From: an uncultured Planctomycetota bacterium
GTDB taxonomy: Bacteria; Planctomycetota; Phycisphaerae; Tepidisphaerales; Tepidisphaeraceae
Reading direction: 5' to 3'
Assembly (NCBI GenBank): GCA_963841915.1
Contig: CAWJEN010000005.1
Location: forward strand, 96,001 to 160,000
DNA: 64,000 nucleotides
Shown piece after piece: positions 18,826-27,298 of this stretch; positions within the stretch are counted from its first letter, which is position 1, and the number at the start of each line of letters is the position of its first letter. A program made the translations under genes and the position numbers. The notes beneath the pieces were generated by a model that did not search any database, had not been told where the DNA came from, and saw only the letters and a list, made by a program, of their open reading frames with translations.

Positions 18826-18866
18826 TTGACGCATCATAGGCGTCAAGCGACGTCTTCTACGCGTCG
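18826..18866. promoter_or_regulatory. Tandem palindromic operator overlapping the -10 box of the wHTH/NTase operon
   Basis: TTGACGC-N7-GCGTCAA (18826-18846) encloses the minus-strand TATGAT; second copy CGACGT-N7-GCGTCG (18848-18866). Confidence 0.6.
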
Positions 18867-19994
18867 GGTCGTCTGACGCTCTGCCTTCTGAATCCAGCCC
18901 CCAGCCAGCACGAGGTCGCCGTCGTAGCAGACCACCGCCTGTCCAGGAGCGACGGCCAATTGCGGCTCGTCGAACTCGACGCGGAGTGTGTTGTCGCCAG
19001 TGCGATAGAGCGCCGCCGGCTCAGGGTCAGCGTTGTAGCGGATCTTGGCGTGGCACTTGAGGCCATGAAACGCGGCCGATGCTTCGGGCGTCAGAAAGTT
19101 AACGCCGTCGGCAACAACGGAGTCTGACAACAACGCCTCGCGGCTGCCGACGATGATGCGGTTCGTCTCGGGCTCCGTGCTGACGACGTACGTGGGCCGC
19201 CCCGTCGCAATTCGGAGGCCGCGGCGTTGGCCGATCGTGTAGCGCTGAAAACCCTCGTGCTCGCCGAGCATGTTACCGTCGGTGTCCACGATCTCGCCGC
19301 GCTGCGTCCCGCGCCCGCGCCTTGCAACGAGGCCGGCGTAGTCGCCGTCGGGCACGAAGCAGATTTCCTGCGAGTCGGGCTTGTTATAGACCGGCAAATC
19401 GTACCGCTCGGCCATCGCGCGAATCTCCGACTTCGGGTAATCGCCGATCGGCAGGAGCGTGCGCGCCAGCCGATCCTCGGCTGCGCCAAAGAGGACGTAA
19501 CTCTGGTCCTTGCCCTTGTCGACGCCGCGGAACAGGCGCGGACCATCCGTCGTGTGCTCAATGCGGGCGTAGTGGCCGCTGGCGACGTAGTCGGCCCCGA
19601 TGGCATGGGCGTAGTCGTCAAGCTTGCCGAACTTGAGCCAGTCGTTGCAGCGAACGCACGGGTTGGGCGTGCGGCCGGCGTCGTACTCGCCCACGAAGTA
19701 GTCGATGACCTTCGAGAAGTCGCGCTCGAAGTTGAGCACGTACAGCGGGATGCCCAGCCGATCGGCCACCCGCCGGGCGTCGGCGGCGTCATTGACGCTG
19801 CAACAGCCTTGCTTGTGCTGTTTTGTGTTGTTGACCCCACAACTCTCGGCCTCCTCGACGCCCTTCGGCGAGCCAAGCCGCATGAAGCAGCCGATGACCT
19901 CGTGACCCTGCTCTTTGAGCAACGCCGCCGCGACGGACGAGTCAACGCCGCCGGACATGGCCAGGACGATCTTGCTGGGCTTGAAGGTGGCCAC
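18843..19994 (-). CDS. mnmA: tRNA 2-thiouridine(34) synthase
   Basis: AMSGGVDSS, TPNPCVRCN, SGHYAR, KDQSY, DSQEICF, TIGQRRG, PGQ. Confidence 0.97.
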   Translation of the reverse strand: MATFKPSKIVLAMSGGVDSSVAAALLKEQGHEVIGCFMRLGSPKGVEEAESCGVNNTKQHKQGCCSVNDAADARRVADRLGIPLYVLNFERDFSKVIDYFVGEYDAGRTPNPCVRCNDWLKFGKLDDYAHAIGADYVASGHYARIEHTTDGPRLFRGVDKGKDQSYVLFGAAEDRLARTLLPIGDYPKSEIRAMAERYDLPVYNKPDSQEICFVPDGDYAGLVARRGRGTQRGEIVDTDGNMLGEHEGFQRYTIGQRRGLRIATGRPTYVVSTEPETNRIIVGSREALLSDSVVADGVNFLTPEASAAFHGLKCHAKIRYNADPEPAALYRTGDNTLRVEFDEPQLAVAPGQAVVCYDGDLVLAGGWIQKAERQTTRRVEDVA

Positions 19995-20141
19995 GGTGCA
20001 TCATTGGCGCTCGTTGGGAGGAACGCGAAGGGGCGAAGGCACGATGGGCCGCAAAGTTAGAAGTGAAGGAGGTAGCAACAGACTCTGCCACCCCATCTTC
20101 TTCTGCCGTCGCAGCCCTTCAGGCCATTGCGTTCCTTTGCC

Positions 20142-22478
20142 TCACTCGCCCGCCAACGCCGCCGCTCGTTCAACCATAAGGCGAAACTCTTCGCGACGGG
20201 ACATCTCAGGATCGTCGCGATCCGAGTCCTTCGACGCGACGAGGTACGACGTCAGCTTCATGAGCCCTGGCCACGTCAAGTTGCCCTTGTCGTCGCTGTC
20301 TCGCAGCATCATCCCGAAGCCGGCGACGAGGATGGCGTGCTGCGTGTCATCGTCGGCGTCGGCGAAAGGCACGCTGCTGCTGCCGACGACGAACTCGGCA
20401 AGCTCGCTGGTGCCCTGCTCCTTGGCAGCGTCGGGCAACTTCCATCGCAGCTTTATCGTCGCGAGCTCAGACGGATCGATGCCTGCCCGCTGCGTCGGCG
20501 GCGTCTGGTACTTCAGATCAAGCGCCGGCTCTGCTTCGGCGGTCGCTGCGGGCACGATCTCGTAGATCACCGTCACCTGTTGAGCGACGCCGACGTCGCC
20601 GGCATCTTTTGTGTCGTCGGCAAAGTCCTCATCGGCCATCGTGCGGTTGGCGTAGCCGATGAGCCGGTACGACGTAACGGCCGCCGGGTTGAATTCGACC
20701 TGAAGTTTCACGTCCTTGGCAACGGTTTGGATGTTGCTGAGCAGCTGATCTCCGAGCACACGGCCGGCCTCCTGTTCGGAGTCGATGTAGGCATAGTTGC
20801 CGTCGCCTTTGTTGGAGATCTCCTCCAACATGGCGTCATTGAGATTGCCAGTGCCAAAGCCCAGCACGGTGAGATAGATGCCTTGACTTGCGCGCTCTTC
20901 GACGAGTCGGACGAGACTGCCGGTGTCGCTTGTGCCGACGTTGAAGTCGCCGTCGGTGGCCAGGATTACTCGGTTCACGCCTCCCGGTCGGAAGTTGGAC
21001 GCAGCCATGTCGTAGGCCTGCTCGATGCCGGCCGCACCGTTGGTGCTGCCGCCGGCCGACAGGTTGTCGATGGCATGCTCGATCGTCTGCGTCTCGCTGC
21101 CGTTGGTCGGCGGCAGCACCACGCCGCTGTTGCCCGCGTAGGCGACCATCGCCAGAGAGTCACGATCGTCCAGGCCGCTGGCCAGCCTTCGCTGTCCCTG
21201 CTGAACGAGCGGCAACTTGTCGGGCGAGTTCATCGACCCGCTGACGTCGATTAGGAACACCAGGTTTGCCCCCGGCCGGGTTTGTGCGTCGGGCTTGGCC
21301 GACTGAATGCCGATGCGCACGAGTTTGTTGCCCGCATTCCACGGCGAGTCCGTCACCACCACGTCGGCCGCGAACGGCACCTGCGCATCGACCGCCGGGG
21401 CCGGGTAGCTGTAGGTGAAGTAGTTGACCAGCTCCTCGATGCGCACCGCATCCTTCGGCGGAAGCTGTCCGTCGTTCAGGAACCGACGCACGTTGGCGTA
21501 GCTGGCGGTGTCGACGTCGACACTGAACGTCGACAGCGGCGACACGAGTGGGCTAGCGAAGTCATTGTCTTCGAGGTGGCCGTAGTCCTCGCGATCGTTT
21601 GGCGGCGGCTGAACACGTGCGTGACGGAACTCAGGACTCTCGGGTGTCAGACCGAGTCGGTGACGTTGCAACATCTCGGCGGCTGCCGCAGGTCGCCTGA
21701 GGCTTGTGAGAGCGTCACCTCCGCCGCCGAATCCACCTCCGCCACCGCCAGCCGACTCAGTAGGTAACGCAGGCGCGGGCGAACGTGCGGCCACGGCGGG
21801 CGACGAGCCTCGACTTGGCGTGCGGGCGAATGCATCTCGGGCGTCTGCTGAATTCTGCCGCTTTGCGTCCGCAGCAGCGAGCGAATCGGCAGGCAAGAGA
21901 TTCGATTCCAACTCATTATGCTCAGCGTCGGCAACCGACTGCTGCTTCTGCTCGACTCGTGGGACCTGCTCCCGAAACTCATCGCCCAGCCGGGGCGCAG
22001 GCGGCTGGTGCATCGGCAGCGTGTCCTCCCGACCTTCTTCGCGGATCACCTGCGACGCTTCCGTCTCCTGAAGCGACAGATTTGTTTCCTGCGTCTGATC
22101 GTTCAGCACCAGCCCCGCGGTGATCCCGCCCGCGACCACCGCCGCGGCGGCGAGGAGCGGGAACGGTCGGAACGGGCTGATTTGTAGGCTTGAAGCGTCG
22201 CGGTTGTCCTGCGGTACCTCCAGATCGGTTGCGAGCCCCAACCGTAAGGGCGGGGTCTGGTCCGACACGCTCGCAGACCCCTCCCTCACGGTCGGGGCTC
22301 GCATGGGCGCTTCGTTGGCAAGTGCGTTCTCCAGTTGGGAGGCTGCATCGCGGATCGCCTCGATCTGCTCGCAATCTTCGTCGGTCAGTGTTACCTCGAA
22401 CGCTGCCACTTCGTCGGGCGAAAGCTCGCCGAGGGCGTAGGCGGTCAGTTGCACTTCATGTCCGTTGTGGTCGTTCAC
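20142..22478 (-). CDS. Anti-sigma-like TM protein fused to YfbK-type vWA domains
   Basis: LTAYALGEL N-terminus, TM segment, STFSVDVDTASY, RIEELVNYF, DVSGSM MIDAS, TDGDFNVG, YRLIGY.NR; GTGA overlap with the sigma gene. Confidence 0.88.
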   Translation of the reverse strand: MNDHNGHEVQLTAYALGELSPDEVAAFEVTLTDEDCEQIEAIRDAASQLENALANEAPMRAPTVREGSASVSDQTPPLRLGLATDLEVPQDNRDASSLQISPFRPFPLLAAAAVVAGGITAGLVLNDQTQETNLSLQETEASQVIREEGREDTLPMHQPPAPRLGDEFREQVPRVEQKQQSVADAEHNELESNLLPADSLAAADAKRQNSADARDAFARTPSRGSSPAVAARSPAPALPTESAGGGGGGFGGGGDALTSLRRPAAAAEMLQRHRLGLTPESPEFRHARVQPPPNDREDYGHLEDNDFASPLVSPLSTFSVDVDTASYANVRRFLNDGQLPPKDAVRIEELVNYFTYSYPAPAVDAQVPFAADVVVTDSPWNAGNKLVRIGIQSAKPDAQTRPGANLVFLIDVSGSMNSPDKLPLVQQGQRRLASGLDDRDSLAMVAYAGNSGVVLPPTNGSETQTIEHAIDNLSAGGSTNGAAGIEQAYDMAASNFRPGGVNRVILATDGDFNVGTSDTGSLVRLVEERASQGIYLTVLGFGTGNLNDAMLEEISNKGDGNYAYIDSEQEAGRVLGDQLLSNIQTVAKDVKLQVEFNPAAVTSYRLIGYANRTMADEDFADDTKDAGDVGVAQQVTVIYEIVPAATAEAEPALDLKYQTPPTQRAGIDPSELATIKLRWKLPDAAKEQGTSELAEFVVGSSSVPFADADDDTQHAILVAGFGMMLRDSDDKGNLTWPGLMKLTSYLVASKDSDRDDPEMSRREEFRLMVERAAALAGE

Positions 22479-22987
22479 TTCGTCACCTCCGCGCCGAGTT
22501 GCCGGCGCAGCGTTTTGAGGCCTTCGTGGATCAGGACGCCGACGTGGTTGACGCTCTTGCCGGTCGCGTCGGCGACTTCGCGGTAGCTCAGGCCGCCGCT
22601 GAACCGGAGCCGAAGCACGTCGCGTTGTGAGGCCGGCAGCGTTTCCAACGCGGCAAGCGCATGGTCCTGTTCGTCGTGATGCTCGGCGACGGCGGCAGGG
22701 TCCGTATCCGCCGGGCTCGCCTCCGTCTGGTTGAGGTCTGCAATGTGGTTCATGCGTCCGTCCTTTCGGAGAAAGTCGATGCACCGGTTGCGGACGGCGG
22801 CGTACAGCCAGGCCTTGCCGACCGCCTCCGCTTCGCCCGCCGCGGCCCGCTCGACCAGCTTGCACATGACGTCCTGAACGGCGTCTTCGGCCCTCGCCTC
22901 GTCCTTCAGGATCGAGGCGGCGTAGCGGATCAGCCGGGTGCGGACACCGGCGTCGGCCAAGTCGGGCGGTGGTTCAGGTGGGGCCAT
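22475..22987 (-). CDS. ECF sigma-70 factor
   Basis: AEDAVQD, WLY..VRNRCID, LP..QR.VL.LRF..GLSY.EVA. Confidence 0.92.
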   Translation of the reverse strand: MAPPEPPPDLADAGVRTRLIRYAASILKDEARAEDAVQDVMCKLVERAAAGEAEAVGKAWLYAAVRNRCIDFLRKDGRMNHIADLNQTEASPADTDPAAVAEHHDEQDHALAALETLPASQRDVLRLRFSGGLSYREVADATGKSVNHVGVLIHEGLKTLRRQLGAEVTK

Positions 22988-23074
22988 CCGGTGCTTACTC
23001 TTGCATGACGACGCAGCGGCGGGCGGTCTTATCGAAAAGGCAAATTTTTCGAGCCGCACTACAACATCGGATCG

Positions 23075-23439
23075 CTCGACGCACTCTCAGGATCGCCATC
23101 GTCGGCCCAAGCCCGTGCGGCGACTGCTTCGCAGCCTGCTGTCGGCAGAGCGTCAGCGAGTACGCGGTGCTGCTCAATGGTGAGGCCGAGCGTCGCCGAT
23201 TCGGCCCGTGGTCGATCAACCTGCCGGTGCAGGACGGCGAACATGTTCGCAGCGAGCGGGTCATCCCGTATCGCGACGGCCGCTGTCCATTCTTAGGTGA
23301 CGGCAACTTGTGCACGATCTACGACGACCGGCCGTCGGCGTGTCAAGCGTTCGAATGCACCCGGCACTTCGACCCGCGGCGAGGGCACGGCTATTTCCTC
23401 CGCGGAAATCCGAGAGTCGTCGAGCTGCTTCAGCGGTAG
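23075..23439 (+). CDS. YkgJ-family CxxCxxCC cysteine-cluster protein (start uncertain)
   Basis: CGDCFAACC, CPFL, CTIYDDRPSACQAFEC; no convincing canonical start close to the motif. Confidence 0.7.
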
Positions 23440-24578
23440 ACCCAGACAGCACCGCCCAGGCCGCTGTCGTCGGCGTATGCGTCGCCGCTGGCGAGGTAGA
23501 GCGTGCCATCGCCGGTGATGAGCAGGTTCTCAGCCTTCATCCGCGCGTTGCCGGTAAGCGATGCAGCGTCGAGCCACGCCCCACTGCCGTCGCGAAAGTT
23601 TCGCACGTCGGTCGGGTCCGGCGTGAACCGATACACCCTCGCCGGCACGGCCGAGAGCACGTAGATGTCGCCATCGGGTCCGATCGCAAGATCGGTCACA
23701 TTCGCGCTGCGGCCTGTCTCCGGATCGAACGGCTCAAACTCTGCCAGCAGCTCGGCCTGCGTCGGATCCTCGAGGCGCAGCCGAATGATCTCGCCGCTCG
23801 TGCGGAAGCCGACGTAGAGCCAGCCATCGTGGTAGCCCAGCGCGCTGTGGCCGAGAACGGTGCGGCTCGAGCCGTCCATGTTCGACAGCGAGATCGTCTC
23901 AGCTAGCACGATCTTCGCAGCTCCGGGCTGCTCGAGCGGGTAAGCAATGAGCCGGTTGTTGTCCTTCGCGGCGACGATGAGCGTGCTGCCGACGATGGCG
24001 AGGTTGTTCGGCCCCTTGGCGTAGCCGCCCGCGGTGCCGGGGTAGGCGTCGCCGTCGCGGGGTTCGTGCCGGTCGACAACCGACCATTGTTCGGCGTCGA
24101 TGTCGTAGCGCAGGACGCCGTCGCTGTAGTTCTTGCGGAAGTAGCCTGACTCCGCGTTCTTCACGTCGGCCGCAGGCAGGTCGATGCCGCTGAAGGCGAC
24201 GATGTAGAAGCTGTGCGTCGCCTCGTCGTAGCGCAGGCCGCAGTAGGGGCGATCCGTGTGCTTGTCGTCACGGGCGTCGGCGAGCGTCCGATCGAGCAGC
24301 CGAAACGGCGGGCTCGTCGGCTCGGCGAAGACGCGGGTTCTGCCGGTCGTCGGATCAACTTCCCATATGGTGCCAGCCTTGTCGTCGACGGTGACATTGG
24401 CCCCGCCGTTACCTCGGGCTCTGCCGCGAGACAGGACGTATAACGACGCGATGCCGTCACCGTCAGGGTCGGCCATGGCCAAACCACGCGGGAAGGGCGT
24501 GGCATCCGTCAGCCTCGTCAATTCCGCACCGTTTGCACTTGAAGCGAGCAAAAGCATGATGGCGAGCAGGTAGCGCAT
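23430..24578 (-). CDS. Secreted beta-propeller-like protein
   Basis: Signal peptide (ASSANG); repeated PRGLA/GPNNLA/DLAIGPDG/ENLLITGDG blades. Confidence 0.65.
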   Translation of the reverse strand: MRYLLAIMLLLASSANGAELTRLTDATPFPRGLAMADPDGDGIASLYVLSRGRARGNGGANVTVDDKAGTIWEVDPTTGRTRVFAEPTSPPFRLLDRTLADARDDKHTDRPYCGLRYDEATHSFYIVAFSGIDLPAADVKNAESGYFRKNYSDGVLRYDIDAEQWSVVDRHEPRDGDAYPGTAGGYAKGPNNLAIVGSTLIVAAKDNNRLIAYPLEQPGAAKIVLAETISLSNMDGSSRTVLGHSALGYHDGWLYVGFRTSGEIIRLRLEDPTQAELLAEFEPFDPETGRSANVTDLAIGPDGDIYVLSAVPARVYRFTPDPTDVRNFRDGSGAWLDAASLTGNARMKAENLLITGDGTLYLASGDAYADDSGLGGAVWVYR

Positions 24579-24623
24579 CGTGCCTCAGCATGCACAGATG
24601 CCGGATGCGTTGCAACGAGCCGG

Positions 24624-25478
24624 CTAGTTCGTGCGCGTAATGGTGCGGACATGCGCCTCATACTTTGCCGACAGCTCTTCAAACGACATATCGAGGTAGC
24701 TCGCCAGCGCCCTCCGTGGATCTTGCGGGGCCGATCCGTCGGCGTACGCGGCCAGCAGGCGTCGCAGTCCGGGGCCGTGATACCGCGATAGGTAATCAGC
24801 AAATGCCCAGGCCTGGGCGTAAAAGGTGCGGACCTGGCGGTAGTCGTTAGCACCGACGACGTGGCCAGCGTGCATCCGCAACAGCTTATCGAGCGGCCAC
24901 ACGCGGCTTCTTTTCACCGCCTCGCGAAGGCGGCTCAGGCGGTCGAAGCTCGGGATCGGCTGGCGCGGATTACCCTCCTCGAACCCCTCCTCGAACAGCG
25001 TCGCCAACCCTTCTTCCAGAAACGGCGGCATGGGTGACTTGAAGCCGCGGTTGACGTGTTGGTGGAAGCCTTCGTGCCGCACGATGGCGAGCAGCTTGGC
25101 GACGCTTCCGCTGTAGAAGGTCGAAAACCAACCATCGGTCATGAAGCCGCCACGACTGATGTTGAGGTACAGCGACGCGCGATTTCCCAGCCGCTGCTTT
25201 GTGTGCTGAGCCCATTCCTCGCGGTAGGCGAAGACGAAGGCGTCTGCCTTGTCGTCACCGGCCGGCACCGGGGCAAAGTTCTCGTAGGTCGCGTGGCTTC
25301 GTCCCAGCGTGTCGAGAATGAGTTCGCGCAGCTTTGGATCACCGACGGTGGTGTAGAGGCGGTAGTTCGGCGTCTCGATGAGGCGGCCATTCGCCGGGCC
25401 ATCCGGCCAAGGCTGCACGGGAAGCTTGGCACTTTCGCAACCGATGAGCAGCAGAAACAAACCGCTTATGATGGTCAC
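24624..25478 (-). CDS. Lipoprotein, DUF1570-like zincin metallopeptidase
   Basis: Lipobox LIGC, HEGFH, PPFLEEGLA, FYAQAWA; start is GTG 25478 or ATG 25514. Confidence 0.75.
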   Translation of the reverse strand: MTIISGLFLLLIGCESAKLPVQPWPDGPANGRLIETPNYRLYTTVGDPKLRELILDTLGRSHATYENFAPVPAGDDKADAFVFAYREEWAQHTKQRLGNRASLYLNISRGGFMTDGWFSTFYSGSVAKLLAIVRHEGFHQHVNRGFKSPMPPFLEEGLATLFEEGFEEGNPRQPIPSFDRLSRLREAVKRSRVWPLDKLLRMHAGHVVGANDYRQVRTFYAQAWAFADYLSRYHGPGLRRLLAAYADGSAPQDPRRALASYLDMSFEELSAKYEAHVRTITRTN

Positions 25479-25512
25479 GCGAAGGAGATAGAGGGCACTA
25501 GGCTGCGTCTTC

Positions 25513-26214
25513 ATGGCCGTCCGGGTTGATATCGTGAGCATTGGCACCCTGAGTCGCAACCGCTTGTGGGGTGAAACTTCTGCCGTCCGCACGCCGCACG
25601 CGACGACGACGCTCATCCGTGCCAGCGCCGACGGCGCCGGTCCGCACGACGGGGAGAAACGCATTCTTGTCGATCCGGGGTTGCCGGGTCCTGCCCTGGT
25701 TGCACGACTCTTCGAGCGGACTGGTCTTAAACCCGAAGACATCGACATCGTTTTTCTGACAACCTTTCGTCCGGCACACCGTAACGGGCTGGAAGCGTTC
25801 CCCAATGCAAAGTGGCTGCTGCCAGAGGCGGAGCATGATGCCGTCCACGATCACCTTGTAGAGCTGCGGGAGCGGGGTGATTCCGATGTCGCCCGCGTGG
25901 TGGATATCGAACTCGAACTGCTGAAGCAGACTCGTGTTCCTGATGACAAGCTCGCCACGCAAGTCGATTTGTTCCCGCTGCCGGGCTACACGCCTGGCAC
26001 GTGCGGCTTGCTGATTGCCGATGCTGCAACGACGACGTTGATCACCGGCGACGCGGTGCCGACTCGTGACCATTTGCTGGCCGCCCAGCTGCTGCCCGAC
26101 ACGTATGACAAGGCACAGGCCGGTGAGTCGCTACAGGAGGTGTATGAAGTCGCCGACACGATTGTGCCTGGTCATGACAACATCTTTGCGAATCCCCGTT
26201 CCTACGGCGGCTGA
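25513..26214 (+). CDS. MBL-fold protein with a degenerate metal motif
   Basis: ILVDPG, TTFRPAH (for HxHxDH), PGYTPG, TGDA, PGHD. Confidence 0.75.
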   Translation: MAVRVDIVSIGTLSRNRLWGETSAVRTPHATTTLIRASADGAGPHDGEKRILVDPGLPGPALVARLFERTGLKPEDIDIVFLTTFRPAHRNGLEAFPNAKWLLPEAEHDAVHDHLVELRERGDSDVARVVDIELELLKQTRVPDDKLATQVDLFPLPGYTPGTCGLLIADAATTTLITGDAVPTRDHLLAAQLLPDTYDKAQAGESLQEVYEVADTIVPGHDNIFANPRSYGG

Positions 26215-26223
26215 GGGCACTCA

Positions 26224-26730
26224 TCAGCTCGGAACGGCCGGCGGCTCGCTCTGGTTTGCCTTGGCCATCTGAATCGCTCGGCCGTCAGGACTCCAGTCGA
26301 CGTGCGTCATGTACGCCTCGATGAGCAACAAGCCGCGGCCGCTGCACTTGTGCAGGTTCTCCTCGTTCCGCGGATCCGGCACGTGTTCCCGCTTGAACCC
26401 AGGACCTTCGTCACGGATTTCAATCCAGACACGGTCCTCGCTCACCGCGGCCCGGACTTGAACGCGTTTGCTGCGATCCATGCCGTTGCCGTGCTTGATG
26501 GCGTTGGTCACCGCCTCGTCGAGCGCAAGCTTGACGGCAAAGTAAGCATCGTCGCCGAAGCCGTTCTTGCGGCAGGCGTCGAGAATGGCATCCTGCACGC
26601 GTCGACCCTCGAGCAGGTCGCTCACGATCTCAAATTCAAGCACATTCTCACCCGGCTGCGGGCCGTGCATCGGCCCTCTCGCCGACGCGCCCGTTTGCGG
26701 GTTTCCGCTGTCTGGGCTGTCGGAGGACAT
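26224..26730 (-). CDS. RsbW/SpoIIAB-like anti-sigma Ser kinase
   Basis: EAVTNAIKHGN, DEGPGF, GRGL. Confidence 0.9.
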   Translation of the reverse strand: MSSDSPDSGNPQTGASARGPMHGPQPGENVLEFEIVSDLLEGRRVQDAILDACRKNGFGDDAYFAVKLALDEAVTNAIKHGNGMDRSKRVQVRAAVSEDRVWIEIRDEGPGFKREHVPDPRNEENLHKCSGRGLLLIEAYMTHVDWSPDGRAIQMAKANQSEPPAVPS

Positions 26731-26776
26731 GATCAAGGTCGGTGGGTCGAAAACTGCAGAGGAACGTCAACGAGAG

Positions 26777-27217
26777 TCAGGCCCGCGGCTGAGCGAAACT
26801 GGCCAGCGCCGCGTCACGATCAGGGAGAATCTTGAACAGCGTGTCGAGCTTCGTGATCGAGAACACCTCCATGATCTGGCGGCGGATATTGCACAGTCGG
26901 AGTTGGCCGTTCTTTTCTCGGATGCGGCTGTTGACGTTGATCAGCATGCCAAGGGCCGCACTGGATAGGTGCTCGACCGTCGCAAAGTCGAGCAGCAGAC
27001 GCGGCTTACTGTTGGCGTCGACAATGGAGTTGAGCCTGCCACCGATCTCGGTGATGTTCGCCTCGTCGAGCACCTTGCTCTGGACAAACTCGACGAGGTC
27101 GACCGACTCCTGCGGGCCGGCAGGTGTCGCTGGCTTCACTTGAGAGACGCGGAGCAACTGATCTGCCGAGGCGGCCGCGGCAGGGTCGGCGTATCCGGTC
27201 GCGGTAGTGTCGGACAT
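26777..27217 (-). CDS. STAS anti-anti-sigma factor
   Basis: LLDF..VEHLSSAALG, VFSITKLD. Confidence 0.9.
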   Translation of the reverse strand: MSDTTATGYADPAAAASADQLLRVSQVKPATPAGPQESVDLVEFVQSKVLDEANITEIGGRLNSIVDANSKPRLLLDFATVEHLSSAALGMLINVNSRIREKNGQLRLCNIRRQIMEVFSITKLDTLFKILPDRDAALASFAQPRA

Positions 27218-27298
27218 AATGCTTTGGCTGGTCGGGCGACGACTGACAACCTTTGCCGGCACGTCGCGAGGTAACATTAGTGGTCGCACACCACGGGT

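Noticed and set aside
22479..22865. N-terminal extension of the vWA ORF (907 aa)
   Set aside because: It overlaps the ECF sigma gene; GTG 22478 with a GTGA overlap is the better start
25512..25515. Shared CATG giving overlapping divergent start codons
   Set aside because: The lipoprotein more plausibly starts at GTG 25478 (normal signal peptide length)
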